DNA of 64,000 nt, from the NCBI GenBank assembly GCA_049852185.1, contig CP187540.1; one strand, given 5' to 3'. The notes below the pieces were generated by a model. It was not told where the DNA came from and searched no databases. It saw only the letters and a list, made by a program, of their open reading frames with translations. This document shows, piece by piece, positions 52,561 through 63,471 of the stretch. The DNA comes from Methanocaldococcus sp. 28A (GTDB lineage: Archaea; AGJL01; Methanococci; Methanococcales; Methanocaldococcaceae). Positions within the stretch are counted from its first letter, which is position 1, and every line of letters starts with the position of its first letter. A program made the translations under genes and the position numbers.

Positions 52561-54126
52561 ATGAAACTTACATTTGACTTAGATGGGAAAATAATATTTG
52601 GCAAGGAGTTAAGTGAGGATGCTAAAAAAGCAGTCGAAGAGATTTTAAAAAATGCTGACCAAATATTTTTAAGAGGAGTTCCAAAGGGTAAAGAAAATGA
52701 GGCTTCAAAAATAATAAGCTATGAGTTTGAAGGAAATACATTAAAATTAAAAATTGTATCTGGAACTTATACAAGAGCTCATGAAGGTTTAATGAGATTA
52801 AGAAAGCCGTTAGCTGAAAAATTAGGAAGAAACTTTAGAATTGGAGTTAGAGGAATTGAAATAGATAATTATGTAATAACTATTGAAACAGAAGATGATA
52901 AAGCTAAAAAATTAGAGGGCATTAAAGTTCCAGAGTGCGAAGCAAAAGTTGAAGGGAATAAAATTATATTAACATTTAAAGACATTGGAGAGAGTGAATT
53001 AAAGAGAAATATTATTGATAGAGCAATAAAGTTTGTAAAAACAGAGTTAGAGAAAGAAGAAGAGGATTTGACATTTAAAGTTTGTAAGATTCCACCAGGG
53101 ACAATAGTTAGTAAATATAAAACTAAAAGGAAGATAACATTTGACAAAGACCCAACAGATGTTGCTGAAAAATTAGGATGGGTTAAAAAATTCCCTGGAA
53201 GAGGGCAGTGGTTCTATGCTCCACCAATAACCGCATTGTTTAGAGCTTTAGAGGAGTTGATAGTTGAAGAAGTCGTTAAAAAAATAGGCTTTGAAGAATG
53301 TTTATTCCCAAAACTCATTCCATTGGAAATTATGTATAAGATGAGATATTTAGAGGGTTTGCCAGAAGGAATGTATTATGTATGCCCACCTAAAAGAGAG
53401 CCTGAACTTTTCAAAGAGTTTGTAAATGAAATGATGATTAAAAAGGAGATTCCAATTGAAAAATTAAAAACTCTACTTAGAGACCCTGGCTATGTATTAG
53501 CTCCAGCTCAATGTGAGCCATTCTATCAATTCTTTGAAGGGGAGGTTATAGATGTTGATAAACCAATAATGTTCTTTGATAGAAGTGGATGGACATATAG
53601 ATGGGAAGGAGGAGGAGCGAGAGGTTTAGATAGGGTTAATGAATTCTTGAGAATTGAGTGTGTTTGGATTGGAAGTCCAGAGTTTGTTGAAGAAACAAGA
53701 GATAAAACATTAAAATATGCTGAAAAATTAGCAGAAAAACTTGATTTAGAATATTGGGTTGAGGTTGGAGATGATCCATTCTATTTAGAAGGTAGAAAAA
53801 AAGAGGATAGAGGAATCGAATTCCCAGACGTGCCAAAGTATGAGATGAGGTTAGCTCTTCCATATATAAAAGATGAGAGAAAAGGAGTAGCTGTAACATC
53901 AGCAAATGTTCATGGAACACACTTTGTTGAGGGCTTTAGAATTAAGGATTACAAAGGTAGAAAAGTTTGGACAGGTTGTACTGGATATGGAATAACAAGA
54001 TGGGTTGTTGGATATTTAGCCCAATATGGGTTTGATTTTGATGATTGGCATCCTATTATAAAGAAAAAGATAAAAAAATTGCCTGAAGTTCCACAATTAA
54101 TAACGTGGCCTAAAAAAGATGAATAA
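52561..54126 (+). CDS. serS: Methanogen-type seryl-tRNA synthetase
   Basis: [27 protein letters not shown]; methanogen-specific N-terminal domain. Confidence 0.95.
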   Translation: MKLTFDLDGKIIFGKELSEDAKKAVEEILKNADQIFLRGVPKGKENEASKIISYEFEGNTLKLKIVSGTYTRAHEGLMRLRKPLAEKLGRNFRIGVRGIEIDNYVITIETEDDKAKKLEGIKVPECEAKVEGNKIILTFKDIGESELKRNIIDRAIKFVKTELEKEEEDLTFKVCKIPPGTIVSKYKTKRKITFDKDPTDVAEKLGWVKKFPGRGQWFYAPPITALFRALEELIVEEVVKKIGFEECLFPKLIPLEIMYKMRYLEGLPEGMYYVCPPKREPELFKEFVNEMMIKKEIPIEKLKTLLRDPGYVLAPAQCEPFYQFFEGEVIDVDKPIMFFDRSGWTYRWEGGGARGLDRVNEFLRIECVWIGSPEFVEETRDKTLKYAEKLAEKLDLEYWVEVGDDPFYLEGRKKEDRGIEFPDVPKYEMRLALPYIKDERKGVAVTSANVHGTHFVEGFRIKDYKGRKVWTGCTGYGITRWVVGYLAQYGFDFDDWHPIIKKKIKKLPEVPQLITWPKKDE

Positions 54127-54174
54127 ACTTTTTTTACATTTTTTTAACTGTTTGGTGATAAAATGGAATTCTAC

Positions 54175-54343
54175 TAACCATAGGGCTTCGCCCTATTGGG
54201 ATACCCGGGATGCATTATCTCGCTTCGCTCGATAATGCCTCTTCTTTATCAAGAAATAAAAAATATAAAACTTCAGGGGTATACCAATAGGGGGCTCTGC
54301 CCCCTATGGATGTATTGCCTCGCTTCGCTCGGCAATGCCTCTT
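54175..54343. repeat. Two tandem family C palindromic repeats
   Basis: CCATAGGGCTTCGCCCTATTGG...GCATTATCTCGCTTCGCTCGATAATGC and CCAATAGGGGGCTCTGCCCCCTATGG...ATTGCCTCGCTTCGCTCGGCAAT. Confidence 0.85.
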
Positions 54344-54363
54344 AATATGTAAAAGGTGAAACT

Positions 54364-55428
54364 ATGAGATTTTTCGATAGAGAAAAAGAACTCAACTATC
54401 TAAAAACCTACTGTCAATTAGAGCCGAACTCCATATTATTCGTTTATGGACCAAAATCATCAGGTAAAACTAGAGTAATGCTCAAAGTTATAGAGGAGTT
54501 AAATAAAAGAGACAATATAGTATTTTTCTATTATGACTTAAGAAGGTATGCAACACCTACAAAGGAAGAGTTTTTAAAAATATTTTTTAAAAAAGGAGAT
54601 AAGAAATATATTTTAAATAAATTTGAAATAAATTTAAAAATCTTTAGATTTGGTATAGAAGAGAATTTTGACTTTAATAATTTATCTTTAAATGATGTTT
54701 TTGACAAAATCTATGAAAGTATTGAAGCAGTTATAAAAGAAGGTAAAAAACCAGTTTTAATTATTGATGAGTTGCAGAAATTGAAAAATATCTATTTTAA
54801 CACTGAAAATCAAAGATTTTCAGCGTCTCCTTCGCTTCGCTTCGGAGATGGAGGTAAATCCTTATTAAATGAGCTATTTAATTTATTTGTTCATTTAACA
54901 AAGGTAAGGCATTTATGTCATGTTATCTGCTTAACCTCTGATACTTTATTTATTGAAGAGATTTATAGGAATTCTACATTAGAAAATGCTGCAAAATATT
55001 ATTTGATTGATTGGTTGGAGAAAAATAGCATTAGAGAGATTTTAAAAGAAGATGGTTTTAGTGAGGAGGAAATTAATTATTGCTTAAAATATCTTTCTTT
55101 GCCTTATGAAATAGTTGATTTGATTGAGAATAAAAAATTAGGAATTTCCGTTGAAGAAACTATAAGGCAGTGGATTAATATAGATGCGGATAAGATAAAA
55201 TATTTAATAGATACTTCCGATTTAAATGAAGAAGAGATTTATAAAGTTCTTTCTAAGTTTAAGGATAAAATAAAAATTAACTATAAAACAGATGTAAAAA
55301 AAGAGGAAACGAAATATATAAAATTTTTAATTGAGAATGAGATTTTGTTTTATGATGTTGTTAATGGGATAATTAAACCGACATCAATAAAAAAATGGTA
55401 TGCCATAAAAGAAATTTTAGAAAAATAG
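54364..55428 (+). CDS. Archaeal (MJ-type) P-loop ATPase with a 16-aa repeat-derived insertion
   Basis: [33 protein letters not shown]. Confidence 0.88.
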   Translation: MRFFDREKELNYLKTYCQLEPNSILFVYGPKSSGKTRVMLKVIEELNKRDNIVFFYYDLRRYATPTKEEFLKIFFKKGDKKYILNKFEINLKIFRFGIEENFDFNNLSLNDVFDKIYESIEAVIKEGKKPVLIIDELQKLKNIYFNTENQRFSASPSLRFGDGGKSLLNELFNLFVHLTKVRHLCHVICLTSDTLFIEEIYRNSTLENAAKYYLIDWLEKNSIREILKEDGFSEEEINYCLKYLSLPYEIVDLIENKKLGISVEETIRQWINIDADKIKYLIDTSDLNEEEIYKVLSKFKDKIKINYKTDVKKEETKYIKFLIENEILFYDVVNGIIKPTSIKKWYAIKEILEK

Positions 55429-55436
55429 GTGATTTA

Positions 55437-56876
55437 ATGATAATTAAAAAAATAAAAATGGATATCTCTCCATTAGATGTTTATGAGCAAATTAGAGGAG
55501 AGAATACATTTTTGTTGGAATCAGCTGAAGGAGTTCCAAAGGTTGCGAGATATTCAATATTAGGAAAAGCTGAAGGAAAAGTAATATTTAAAAATAATAG
55601 GTTAAAAGTTGAAAGCTTTACAGAATTTGGAGATAAAGTTAAAGATTTAGAAGGTAAATATGATTGCCCATTAGAAGCTTTAAGGGATGTTAGAAATAAA
55701 TATCTCAAATATATAAATATAGAGAACATTGAGCCAATACCAAGATTTAAGGGAGGTTTGGTTGGGTATTTAAGCTATGACATTATCAGATATTGGATTG
55801 ATTTATCTAATATTAATCTAAAGCCAATTAATGATTTAAAATTCCCAGATGCAGAGTTTTTTATTGTTAAAGACTTTATTTCATTTGATTTAAAAGAAAA
55901 AGTAATCAATTTAATAGCAGAAAATAGAGAAGGAATTAAAGAACTTGAAAAAATTATTGAGAATGCAAAAATCAATAATAACGAGAAGAAAAAAGAAAAA
56001 ACTGAAGAAAAAGAAAATAAAGAATTAAAAATAAAATCTAATATGAGTAAGGAAAAATTTATTGAAGCCGTTAAAAAAGCTAAGGAGTATATTTTTGCAG
56101 GAGATATATTCCAGGTAGTTTTATCAAGAAGAATAGAGATAGATTTAGACAACTTAGATTATTTAGAAATATATAAAAAAGTTAGAGTGATAAATCCCTC
56201 TCCATATATGTATTACTTAGATTTTGGTGATAGGAAGATTATTGGTTCATCTCCAGAGATTTTGGTAAGAACAGATTACAAAGATGGAAAAAGATTAGTT
56301 ATAACAAGACCTATAGCTGGGACAATCAAAAGGGGAAGAACAGAAGAAGAAGATAAAGAGTTAGAGAAAAAGCTATTAGGAGATGAGAAAGAAAGAGCTG
56401 AGCACGTTATGCTTGTAGATTTGGCAAGGAATGATATTGGAAAGATATCAAAATTTGGAACTGTCAAAGTAACTGATTTCATGGTAATAGAGAAATATTC
56501 TCATGTTCAGCATATTGTAAGTAATGTTGTTGGAGAGTTAAAAGATAATTATGACTCTTTCTTAGCTGTAAAAGCTACTTTCCCAGCGGGAACTTTGAGT
56601 GGAGCTCCAAAAGTTAGGGCTATGGAGATAATTGAAGAACTTGAAAAAACATATAGAGGACCTTATGGAGGAGGAGTAGGCTATTTTGGATGGGATGATT
56701 TAATGGACTTAGCAATAACAATCAGAACCTTTGTAATCTCAAAAAATAAAGGCTATATTCAAGTAGGAGCAGGAATTGTAGCTGATTCAATCCCAGAAAA
56801 TGAATGGGAAGAGACAGAGAGAAAGGGAATGGCTAATGTTAAAACCATTGAGAGTTTAATTAGAGAAAAAACATAA
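55437..56876 (+). CDS. trpE: Anthranilate synthase component I
   Basis: [43 protein letters not shown]; start moved to MIIKK after GGTGA. Confidence 0.95.
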   Translation: MIIKKIKMDISPLDVYEQIRGENTFLLESAEGVPKVARYSILGKAEGKVIFKNNRLKVESFTEFGDKVKDLEGKYDCPLEALRDVRNKYLKYINIENIEPIPRFKGGLVGYLSYDIIRYWIDLSNINLKPINDLKFPDAEFFIVKDFISFDLKEKVINLIAENREGIKELEKIIENAKINNNEKKKEKTEEKENKELKIKSNMSKEKFIEAVKKAKEYIFAGDIFQVVLSRRIEIDLDNLDYLEIYKKVRVINPSPYMYYLDFGDRKIIGSSPEILVRTDYKDGKRLVITRPIAGTIKRGRTEEEDKELEKKLLGDEKERAEHVMLVDLARNDIGKISKFGTVKVTDFMVIEKYSHVQHIVSNVVGELKDNYDSFLAVKATFPAGTLSGAPKVRAMEIIEELEKTYRGPYGGGVGYFGWDDLMDLAITIRTFVISKNKGYIQVGAGIVADSIPENEWEETERKGMANVKTIESLIREKT

Positions 56877-56924
56877 GATTTAATTAAAATTAAAAATTAA
56901 ACATAAATACCTTTGGTGAATAAA

Positions 56925-58019
56925 ATGAAATTTTTTAACAGAGAAAAAGAGATAAAAGAAATTTTGTCCATTATAGAGGGGGAACCTAATTTTATTTATT
57001 TTATTTTTGGTCCTATAAACAGTGGAAAATCGACATTGATAAGAGAGATAGTAACAAATAGATTAAATAAATCCAAATACATTCCATTTTTTATTGATTT
57101 TAGGACGAGAAATATAGTAAATGTCGATAACTTTATTGAATGTTTATTTGAAGTGGATGAGAAATCGAAGATAGATGATTTTAGAGAGTATGCAAAAAGT
57201 TTGGCAGAGATGTTAGCTAAAGGTTCGGAAGAGATTAGTAAGTATTATTTAGGTATGCCAATAATGATTCCTAAATCATTTTTTGATAAGATATTTAATA
57301 AGAATGGTAAATCAGGAGACGTTTATCAATATATAGAATACTTATTTGCTAAATTAAATGAAAAAGGTAAAAAACCTATATTAATTTTTGATGAACTCCA
57401 AATGATTAAAGAAATTACATTAAACGGTAATAGATTATTGTTATGGAGTCTATTCCAATTCTTAGTAGCATTAACTAAAGTCCAACATCTCTGTCATGTT
57501 TTTTGTATAAGCTCTGATAGTTTATTTATTGAATATGTTTATAACGCTGGGGAATTAGAAGAGAGGGCAGATTATATATTAGTAGATGATTTTAATAAAG
57601 AAACGGCCTTTAGTTTTATGGACTTTTTAGCTAATGAGATATTAAATAAAAGTCTCTCTAATGAAGAAAAAGAATTAATTTACTCTTACGTTGGTGGGAA
57701 ACCAGTATCAATTTATAAAATTATTGACAAAATGAGGTATAAAAAATTAAATAAAATCCTAAATGAAATGTTAAAAATAGAAACTTCAAAATTGAAATAC
57801 TTTTTAGAAGAGGTTAAAGAGGATGACAATGAATTATATAATGAAGTAGTTAAGGCATTGTCTCTATTTAAGGAAAGTTATATAATTGAGTGTGATAAAA
57901 TACCTAAAAAAATTAGGGAGTTCCTAATTAAAAGAAATATTTTATTTTTAAATCCAATAGAAGATACTCTAAAACCTCAATCTTTCTTAGTTTGGAATGC
58001 TATAAAAAAAGTCTTATAA
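56925..58019 (+). CDS. Archaeal (MJ-type) P-loop ATPase
   Basis: [34 protein letters not shown]. Confidence 0.88.
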   Translation: MKFFNREKEIKEILSIIEGEPNFIYFIFGPINSGKSTLIREIVTNRLNKSKYIPFFIDFRTRNIVNVDNFIECLFEVDEKSKIDDFREYAKSLAEMLAKGSEEISKYYLGMPIMIPKSFFDKIFNKNGKSGDVYQYIEYLFAKLNEKGKKPILIFDELQMIKEITLNGNRLLLWSLFQFLVALTKVQHLCHVFCISSDSLFIEYVYNAGELEERADYILVDDFNKETAFSFMDFLANEILNKSLSNEEKELIYSYVGGKPVSIYKIIDKMRYKKLNKILNEMLKIETSKLKYFLEEVKEDDNELYNEVVKALSLFKESYIIECDKIPKKIREFLIKRNILFLNPIEDTLKPQSFLVWNAIKKVL

Positions 58020-58067
58020 ATTATTATTGTTATATTTATAAACTTAATATAAAAGGAGGGGATAAAC

Positions 58068-58961
58068 ATAATTAAAAAACTAATTGAAAGTTTAAAACAA
58101 GCGCAAGAGGAAGATTTTAAAATATTAAAAATTATAGAACTGTCAATGAGATATCATGAGTGGGTGCCATTAGATGAGATTGTTAGAAAAGCAAAGATGC
58201 CAGAAAAGGATGTGTTATATAGATTAAAAAGATTAAATAAATTTGGATTTGTTGTTAGAAGCACTTATGGTTATGCAGTCTCAATGGGAGGTTATGATGC
58301 CTTAGCTGTAAATGCATTTTTTAAAAAAGGTATCTTAAAAGCTATAGGCAATAAGTTGGGAGTTGGTAAGGAGGGGGATGTTTATAACGTATTGTTAGAG
58401 GATGGTAGAGAGGCGGTTTTAAAATTCCATAAACATGGTAGGACGTGCTTTACAAGAGGAAAAAGATATAGGGGATATTTAGCTGATAAACATCATATAA
58501 GCTGGCTCTATGTTTCAAGATTAACAGCTCAACAAGAATTTGAGATATTAAATGAGCTCTTTCCAACAGTTAAAGTTCCTGAGCCAATAGAATGGAATAG
58601 GCATGCTATAATTATGGGAAAAGTTGTTGGTGAAGAGCTAAAGAGATTAGATTTATCAGAATTTATGAGTAAAGAGGAAATTAAAGATATATTCTGGAAG
58701 ATTATTGAAGAGGTTAAAAAAGCTTATAAAATTGGCTATATACATGGTGATTTGAGTGAATTCAATATCTTATTAGATGAGAGTGGAGATTTTGTTATTA
58801 TAGATTGGCCTCAAGCAATACCTACATATCATCCAGATGCTGAATTCTACTTAAAGAGAGACATTTGGAATGTTATAAGATACTTCAAAAAGTATAAGAT
58901 TGATAAAGAGGATGAGAGAATTGATGTTGATAAAATTTTTAAATATATAACTGAAAAATAA
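58068..58961 (+). CDS. rio2: RIO2-type Ser/Thr kinase with a probable non-AUG start
   Basis: GVGKEGDVY, LKFH, IHGDLSEFNI, IDWPQ; the winged-helix segment EDFKILKIIELS lies upstream of the first ATG (58146). Confidence 0.85.
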   Translation: MIKKLIESLKQAQEEDFKILKIIELSMRYHEWVPLDEIVRKAKMPEKDVLYRLKRLNKFGFVVRSTYGYAVSMGGYDALAVNAFFKKGILKAIGNKLGVGKEGDVYNVLLEDGREAVLKFHKHGRTCFTRGKRYRGYLADKHHISWLYVSRLTAQQEFEILNELFPTVKVPEPIEWNRHAIIMGKVVGEELKRLDLSEFMSKEEIKDIFWKIIEEVKKAYKIGYIHGDLSEFNILLDESGDFVIIDWPQAIPTYHPDAEFYLKRDIWNVIRYFKKYKIDKEDERIDVDKIFKYITEK

Positions 58962-59012
58962 AGTATTAAAAAAGAGTGATTTCTATGAATGTTAGAGAAA
59001 TTAAAATAAAAA

Positions 59013-59126
59013 TTATTCCATTTTATTAAAGCATAGAGTTAAGAGGGCATCTTCAAAAGACCAAACAGGTTCATAACCTAAATATTTTTTAGCGTTATTT
59101 AAATCTGCCTGTGTAAAGTCTTGATA
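59013..59126 (-). pseudogene. 3' remnant of an NAD-dependent epimerase/dehydratase gene
   Basis: Reads YQDFTQADLNNAKKYLGYEPVWSFEDA, typical of extended-SDR C-termini; cut exactly at an IS end. Confidence 0.6.
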
Positions 59127-60312
59127 CAGTATCTACGAATATGCATAGGTATACACAACCAAGTATTACGCATAACCATGATTGAATAATCAAACTCATC
59201 TAATAACTTAGTAATTTCGACGATGGAGAATTTTAAAGAAATACATTCTTTTTTATTACGAATTTTAATCCATAAGTTATGAATAACGCATTTAAGCATA
59301 AAAAGGAACAACCTAACTTTTAAAGAGGTTGATTTCGTTTTTATAACTGCATCTTTAAGCATTCTAAATTGTGTTTCAATATTCCATCGTTTTTTATACA
59401 TTTTTATGTAAGATTCTTGATTTTCAAAGTTGATATTAGTTAAAAAGGTATATTATACCTTTTTTCTTTCGTTGTTTGTAATTATTTCGTCCTCAGCAAT
59501 AACTAATTTAGGAATAGTATTTTTATCAATAACATAATCAAATTTCCATTTTTCTTCTTTTTTATATTCATCCTCAAGATAGTATTTAACTTTATCATTT
59601 TTCGGAATAAAGCTTATGTAATTACATCCGTATTTTTCAAAAATTTTTATTATTTCAAAATTTTTAAACTCTCTATCGGTAAGTACTACAATATTAGATG
59701 GATTTATTTCTAAATCGTTAATAGTAAAGTCCATAAATTCCTTCACATGATTAAGCAACGAATATTCCTTAAAAAGAATATCACAATAGATTATTAACGA
59801 AAAATCTTCTGTATGTAAAGTAGCAGCTATATATTTATACGAACCAGTACTGCCCCTCTCTTTTCTATATTCGTGAATTAATTCTAAATCTAAATTATTA
59901 CCATAATAATGCGTATCTATCGATAGGCAAAAATTTCTATTATTTTTTTTAAATCATTGAATATATTTTTAACAAAAGATTTATAAATTTCTTTAAACAT
60001 AGAATTACCTGCCTTATTTATATATCGATAGTAAAAGTCTGCCGATGGATAATTTAGCTTGCTAATGGTCTCTAAATATGTATTATATTATTCGACATCG
60101 CCTCTATAAATCCTCTTGTATAATCTTCAACTCGATAAATCCTTGGACAAATTTGAAGAACATTGTTTATGAATTCGTTAAATTCATTAAATGATTTTAT
60201 AGCCAACAATCTTATGTCGTTCATTGTTCTACATCCTCCTATTTTTTTAATAACTATTCGATATTATGAAATATTAACTTTTTTATTTATTTTATGATGT
60301 TCGGAGATACTG
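59127..60312 (-). mobile_element. Decayed ISH3-like (IS4-superfamily DDE) insertion sequence
   Basis: Terminal inverted repeats CAGTATCT(A/C)CGAA(T/C)AT; transposase pieces LSIDTH, VLTDREF, YKKRWNIETQFR; GGAGG RBS and ATG at 60224; multiple frameshifts. Confidence 0.82.
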
Positions 60313-60344
60313 TAAATAATTGAATAATCGAGCTCATCTAATAA

Positions 60345-60435
60345 TAGGACTTTCGCACTTTATGTATTAGTTTGGAATTTAGACACCTTTAAGGTGTCCA
60401 TGTTCAATAAAAAATTTATTCTTACGAAAGTCCTA
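60345..60435. mobile_element. MITE family B copy
   Basis: TAGGACTTTCGCA...TACGAAAGTCCTA with GACACCTT/AAGGTGTC hairpin. Confidence 0.85.
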
Positions 60436-60564
60436 TAAAAAAGAATGTATTTCTTTAAAATTCTTCATCGTCGAAATATGTAAGTTATTAAATGAGTTCG
60501 ATTATTCAATCATGGTTATGCGTAATACTCCGTTGTGTATACCTATGCATATTCGTAGATACTG
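60436..60564 (+). repeat. Inverted second copy of the ISH3-like right end
   Basis: ~128 bp reverse complement of 59127-59254 with a few substitutions. Confidence 0.88.
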
Positions 60565-60585
60565 TTTTATGTTCTAAGGGATAAT

Positions 60586-61305
60586 ATGAAGATAGTTTGG
60601 TGCATATCTGGAGCGGGACATTTATTAAGAGAGAGCTTTCAAGTAATGAAAAAATTGAAAGAAAATATTGAGGGCTTAAAAGTTACTACTCTAATCTCAA
60701 GGGCTGGAGAGGAAGTTGTAAAAATGTATGGTTTATTTGAAGAATTAAAATATATCTCTAATGGAAATTATTATGAAGAGTTAATTTTAGAGAGAGAGCA
60801 TCCTTATTCATCTCCAATTACTGGTAGGTTAAGTTTAGGGAAATATGATTATTTAATATCCTCTCCAACATCTGGAAATACTGTTGCTAAAGTAGTTAAT
60901 GGCATAGCCGACAGTTTAGTAACAAATGCTATAGCTCAGGCTGGAAAAGGTTTTGTTAAATCAATAATTGTTCCGGTTGATTACAAAGAGGGAATTGTTA
61001 TTACTAAACTTCCATACTCAATAGATAGGGAAAAATGCAAACTATGTTTAAAATGCATAAAAGTTTGTCCTAATGGAGCTATAATTAAAAGAGATAACTT
61101 TGTTGAAATCTACTTATCAAAATGTGTTGGCTGTGGAAAATGTAAAGAAATTTGCCAATATAATGCAATAATTGAAGGAAAAGAGATTAAAATGAGAGTT
61201 AGAAAAATAGATGCTGAAAATACTAAAAAATTAAAAGAATTAGAAGATGTCATTGTGTTAAAACATCCTTATGAGATTTTAGACTTTTTTGGAATTTATA
61301 AGTGA
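60586..61305 (+). CDS. dmrX: Dihydromethanopterin reductase (flavoprotein with two [4Fe-4S] clusters)
   Basis: WCISGAGH, PTSGNTVAK flavoprotein motifs plus CKLCLKC..CP and CVGCGKC..CQ. Confidence 0.82.
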   Translation: MKIVWCISGAGHLLRESFQVMKKLKENIEGLKVTTLISRAGEEVVKMYGLFEELKYISNGNYYEELILEREHPYSSPITGRLSLGKYDYLISSPTSGNTVAKVVNGIADSLVTNAIAQAGKGFVKSIIVPVDYKEGIVITKLPYSIDREKCKLCLKCIKVCPNGAIIKRDNFVEIYLSKCVGCGKCKEICQYNAIIEGKEIKMRVRKIDAENTKKLKELEDVIVLKHPYEILDFFGIYK

Positions 61306-61309
61306 AAAA

Positions 61310-61771
61310 TTATTGCTTTTTCTTTAATTTAATAATACAAGTTTCAGCAGGTTTTAGATTTATTTGATATCCTAAATTATACTTTAAAGTTTCATTTATA
61401 AATCCTATCAACAACCCTCCCCAGGGGCATGCAGTCCCTTCAAATTCATAGCCACAAATCCTTTTTGGGCAGATATTGCATTTTAATATCTTCACAATAA
61501 TCTCATCACCCTCTTCATTTATTTCAATATTTGCAAAATCTAACATGTTAAAATATCTTTCAACATCATTAATATCTTTAAATTCATGGCCATTATTCAT
61601 TGCATAAATTGCCAATTCCTTTCCAGCATAAGATCCTGCTATGTTACTTAAGCTTTGAGCTCCAGATCCAGTAATTAATTTTAACCCCACTGAATATCCT
61701 ATAATTATGGCAGAGGCTATAGAAGGGCATGGAGTATTTTTTGTTCTTATAATCTTATGTAGATCCATCAT
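61310..61771 (-). CDS. V4R-like / methanogen output domain protein
   Basis: CNICP...ACPWGG...C metal ligands; GTGA RBS. Confidence 0.65.
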   Translation of the reverse strand: MMDLHKIIRTKNTPCPSIASAIIIGYSVGLKLITGSGAQSLSNIAGSYAGKELAIYAMNNGHEFKDINDVERYFNMLDFANIEINEEGDEIIVKILKCNICPKRICGYEFEGTACPWGGLLIGFINETLKYNLGYQINLKPAETCIIKLKKKQ

Positions 61772-61782
61772 ATCACTTTATT

Positions 61783-61896
61783 TATAGTTGTGTGCAAAAC
61801 TATCTTAAATAAAATAAGGAATTAGTGAATGCCTTCCTTATGGAAGGCTTTCAAATTGTCCTTATAAAAGTTTATTTTATTTTGCACACAACTATA
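61783..61896. mobile_element. MITE family A copy
   Basis: Perfect TATAGTTGTGTGCAAAA inverted ends; internal GCCTTCC/GGAAGGC hairpin. Confidence 0.88.
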
Positions 61897-62002
61897 ATAT
61901 TTATAAACATTATATTAATTATTTTCTATTACATATTTTTTTGAACAATATAAAGAATTTTAAAATATTTTATTTATAAAATTAGATTATTGAGGGATTT
62001 TC

Positions 62003-62410
62003 ATGGAAATTGTTATCAAAGCTAAGGGACATAAAAATGTCTCAGCAACTCATAAAACAACCTTAGAGATTACAAAAGAAAACTATCTAACTCCTACTGG
62101 ACATTGCATTATAGGAATAGGGGCAGATAAATCTATGGCTGATTTTAGTGAAGAATTTAAAGAAAAACTTAGAAATGCTAAAAAAATAATTGTAGAGATT
62201 GAAGTTGAAAGAATAAAAGAGGTTATAGTTGGAGAAGGACATAAAGATTTAATTTTAAACCATCCAACAGACATTGTTATTAGAAAGAGTAATTATATAT
62301 GTCCAAGAACGTTAATGATTAATGCAAATAAATCAGCAAAAGATATTAATAAAGAGATAGTAAAAAAATTAAAAAAAGGGAAAGAGTTAATTTTTAAAAT
62401 AATTGTATAA
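62003..62410 (+). CDS. DUF371 family protein
   Basis: GHKNVSATHKTTLEIT, CIIG, VIRKS. Confidence 0.85.
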   Translation: MEIVIKAKGHKNVSATHKTTLEITKENYLTPTGHCIIGIGADKSMADFSEEFKEKLRNAKKIIVEIEVERIKEVIVGEGHKDLILNHPTDIVIRKSNYICPRTLMINANKSAKDINKEIVKKLKKGKELIFKIIV

Positions 62411-62419
62411 GGTGAAAAG

Positions 62420-63466
62420 ATGAAAATAAACGTTGGTGTCTTAGGAGCTACTGGAAGCGTGGGGCAGAGATTCGTTCAATTATTGGCAGAGCATCCAATG
62501 TTTGAATTAACTGCCTTAGCTGCATCAGAGAGAAGTGCTGGAAAAAAGTATAAAGACGCATGCTACTGGTTCCAAGATAGAGATATTCCTGAAAATGTAA
62601 AAGATATGGTTGTTATTCCAACAGACCCTAAGCATGAAGCATTTGAAGATGTTGATATTGTCTTCTCAGCTTTACCATCAGATTTAGCTAAAAAGTTTGA
62701 ACCAGAATTTGCTAAAGAAGGAAAGTTAGTTTTCTCTAACGCATCAGCTTACAGAATGGAAGAAGATGTTCCTCTTGTTATCCCAGAAGTTAATGCAGAC
62801 CATCTTGCTTTAATAGAAATTCAGAGAGAAAAGAGAGGATGGGATGGAGCTATAATAACAAACCCTAACTGTTCAACTATCTGTGCTGTCATAACATTAA
62901 AACCAATAATGGATAAATTTGGTTTAGATTCAGTAATTATAACAACATTGCAGGCAGTTAGTGGAGCAGGTTATAATGGCGTTCCTTCAATGGCAATCTT
63001 AGATAATTTAATTCCATTTATTAAAAATGAAGAAGAAAAAATGCAAACAGAGAGTTTAAAGTTATTAGGAACTTTAAAAGATGGAAAAGTTGAATTTGCT
63101 AACTTTAAGTTAAGTGCTTCATGTAACAGAGTGCCAGTTATTGATGGACATACTGAAAGCATATTTGTCAAAACAATTGAAGGAGCTGAGCCAGAGGAAA
63201 TAAAAGAGGCTATGGATAAATTTGACCCTTTAAAAGATTTAAACCTCCCAACTTATGCTAAACCAATTGTTATTAGGGAAGAGATAGATAGACCTCAACC
63301 AAGATTAGATAGAAATGAAGGTAATGGAATGAGTATTGTTGTAGGTAGAATCAGAAAAGACCCAATATTTGATGTAAAATATACCGCATTAGAGCATAAC
63401 ACAATTAGAGGAGCTGCTGGAGCGAGTATATTAAATGCTGAATACTTCGTTAAAAAGTATTTATAA
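62420..63466 (+). CDS. asd: Aspartate-semialdehyde dehydrogenase
   Basis: [29 protein letters not shown]. Confidence 0.97.
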   Translation: MKINVGVLGATGSVGQRFVQLLAEHPMFELTALAASERSAGKKYKDACYWFQDRDIPENVKDMVVIPTDPKHEAFEDVDIVFSALPSDLAKKFEPEFAKEGKLVFSNASAYRMEEDVPLVIPEVNADHLALIEIQREKRGWDGAIITNPNCSTICAVITLKPIMDKFGLDSVIITTLQAVSGAGYNGVPSMAILDNLIPFIKNEEEKMQTESLKLLGTLKDGKVEFANFKLSASCNRVPVIDGHTESIFVKTIEGAEPEEIKEAMDKFDPLKDLNLPTYAKPIVIREEIDRPQPRLDRNEGNGMSIVVGRIRKDPIFDVKYTALEHNTIRGAAGASILNAEYFVKKYL

Positions 63467-63471
63467 TGTGT

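Noticed and set aside
21677-54126. selD, tRNA-Sec and serS as a selenocysteine gene cluster
   Set aside because: Separated by many unrelated genes; no operon structure.
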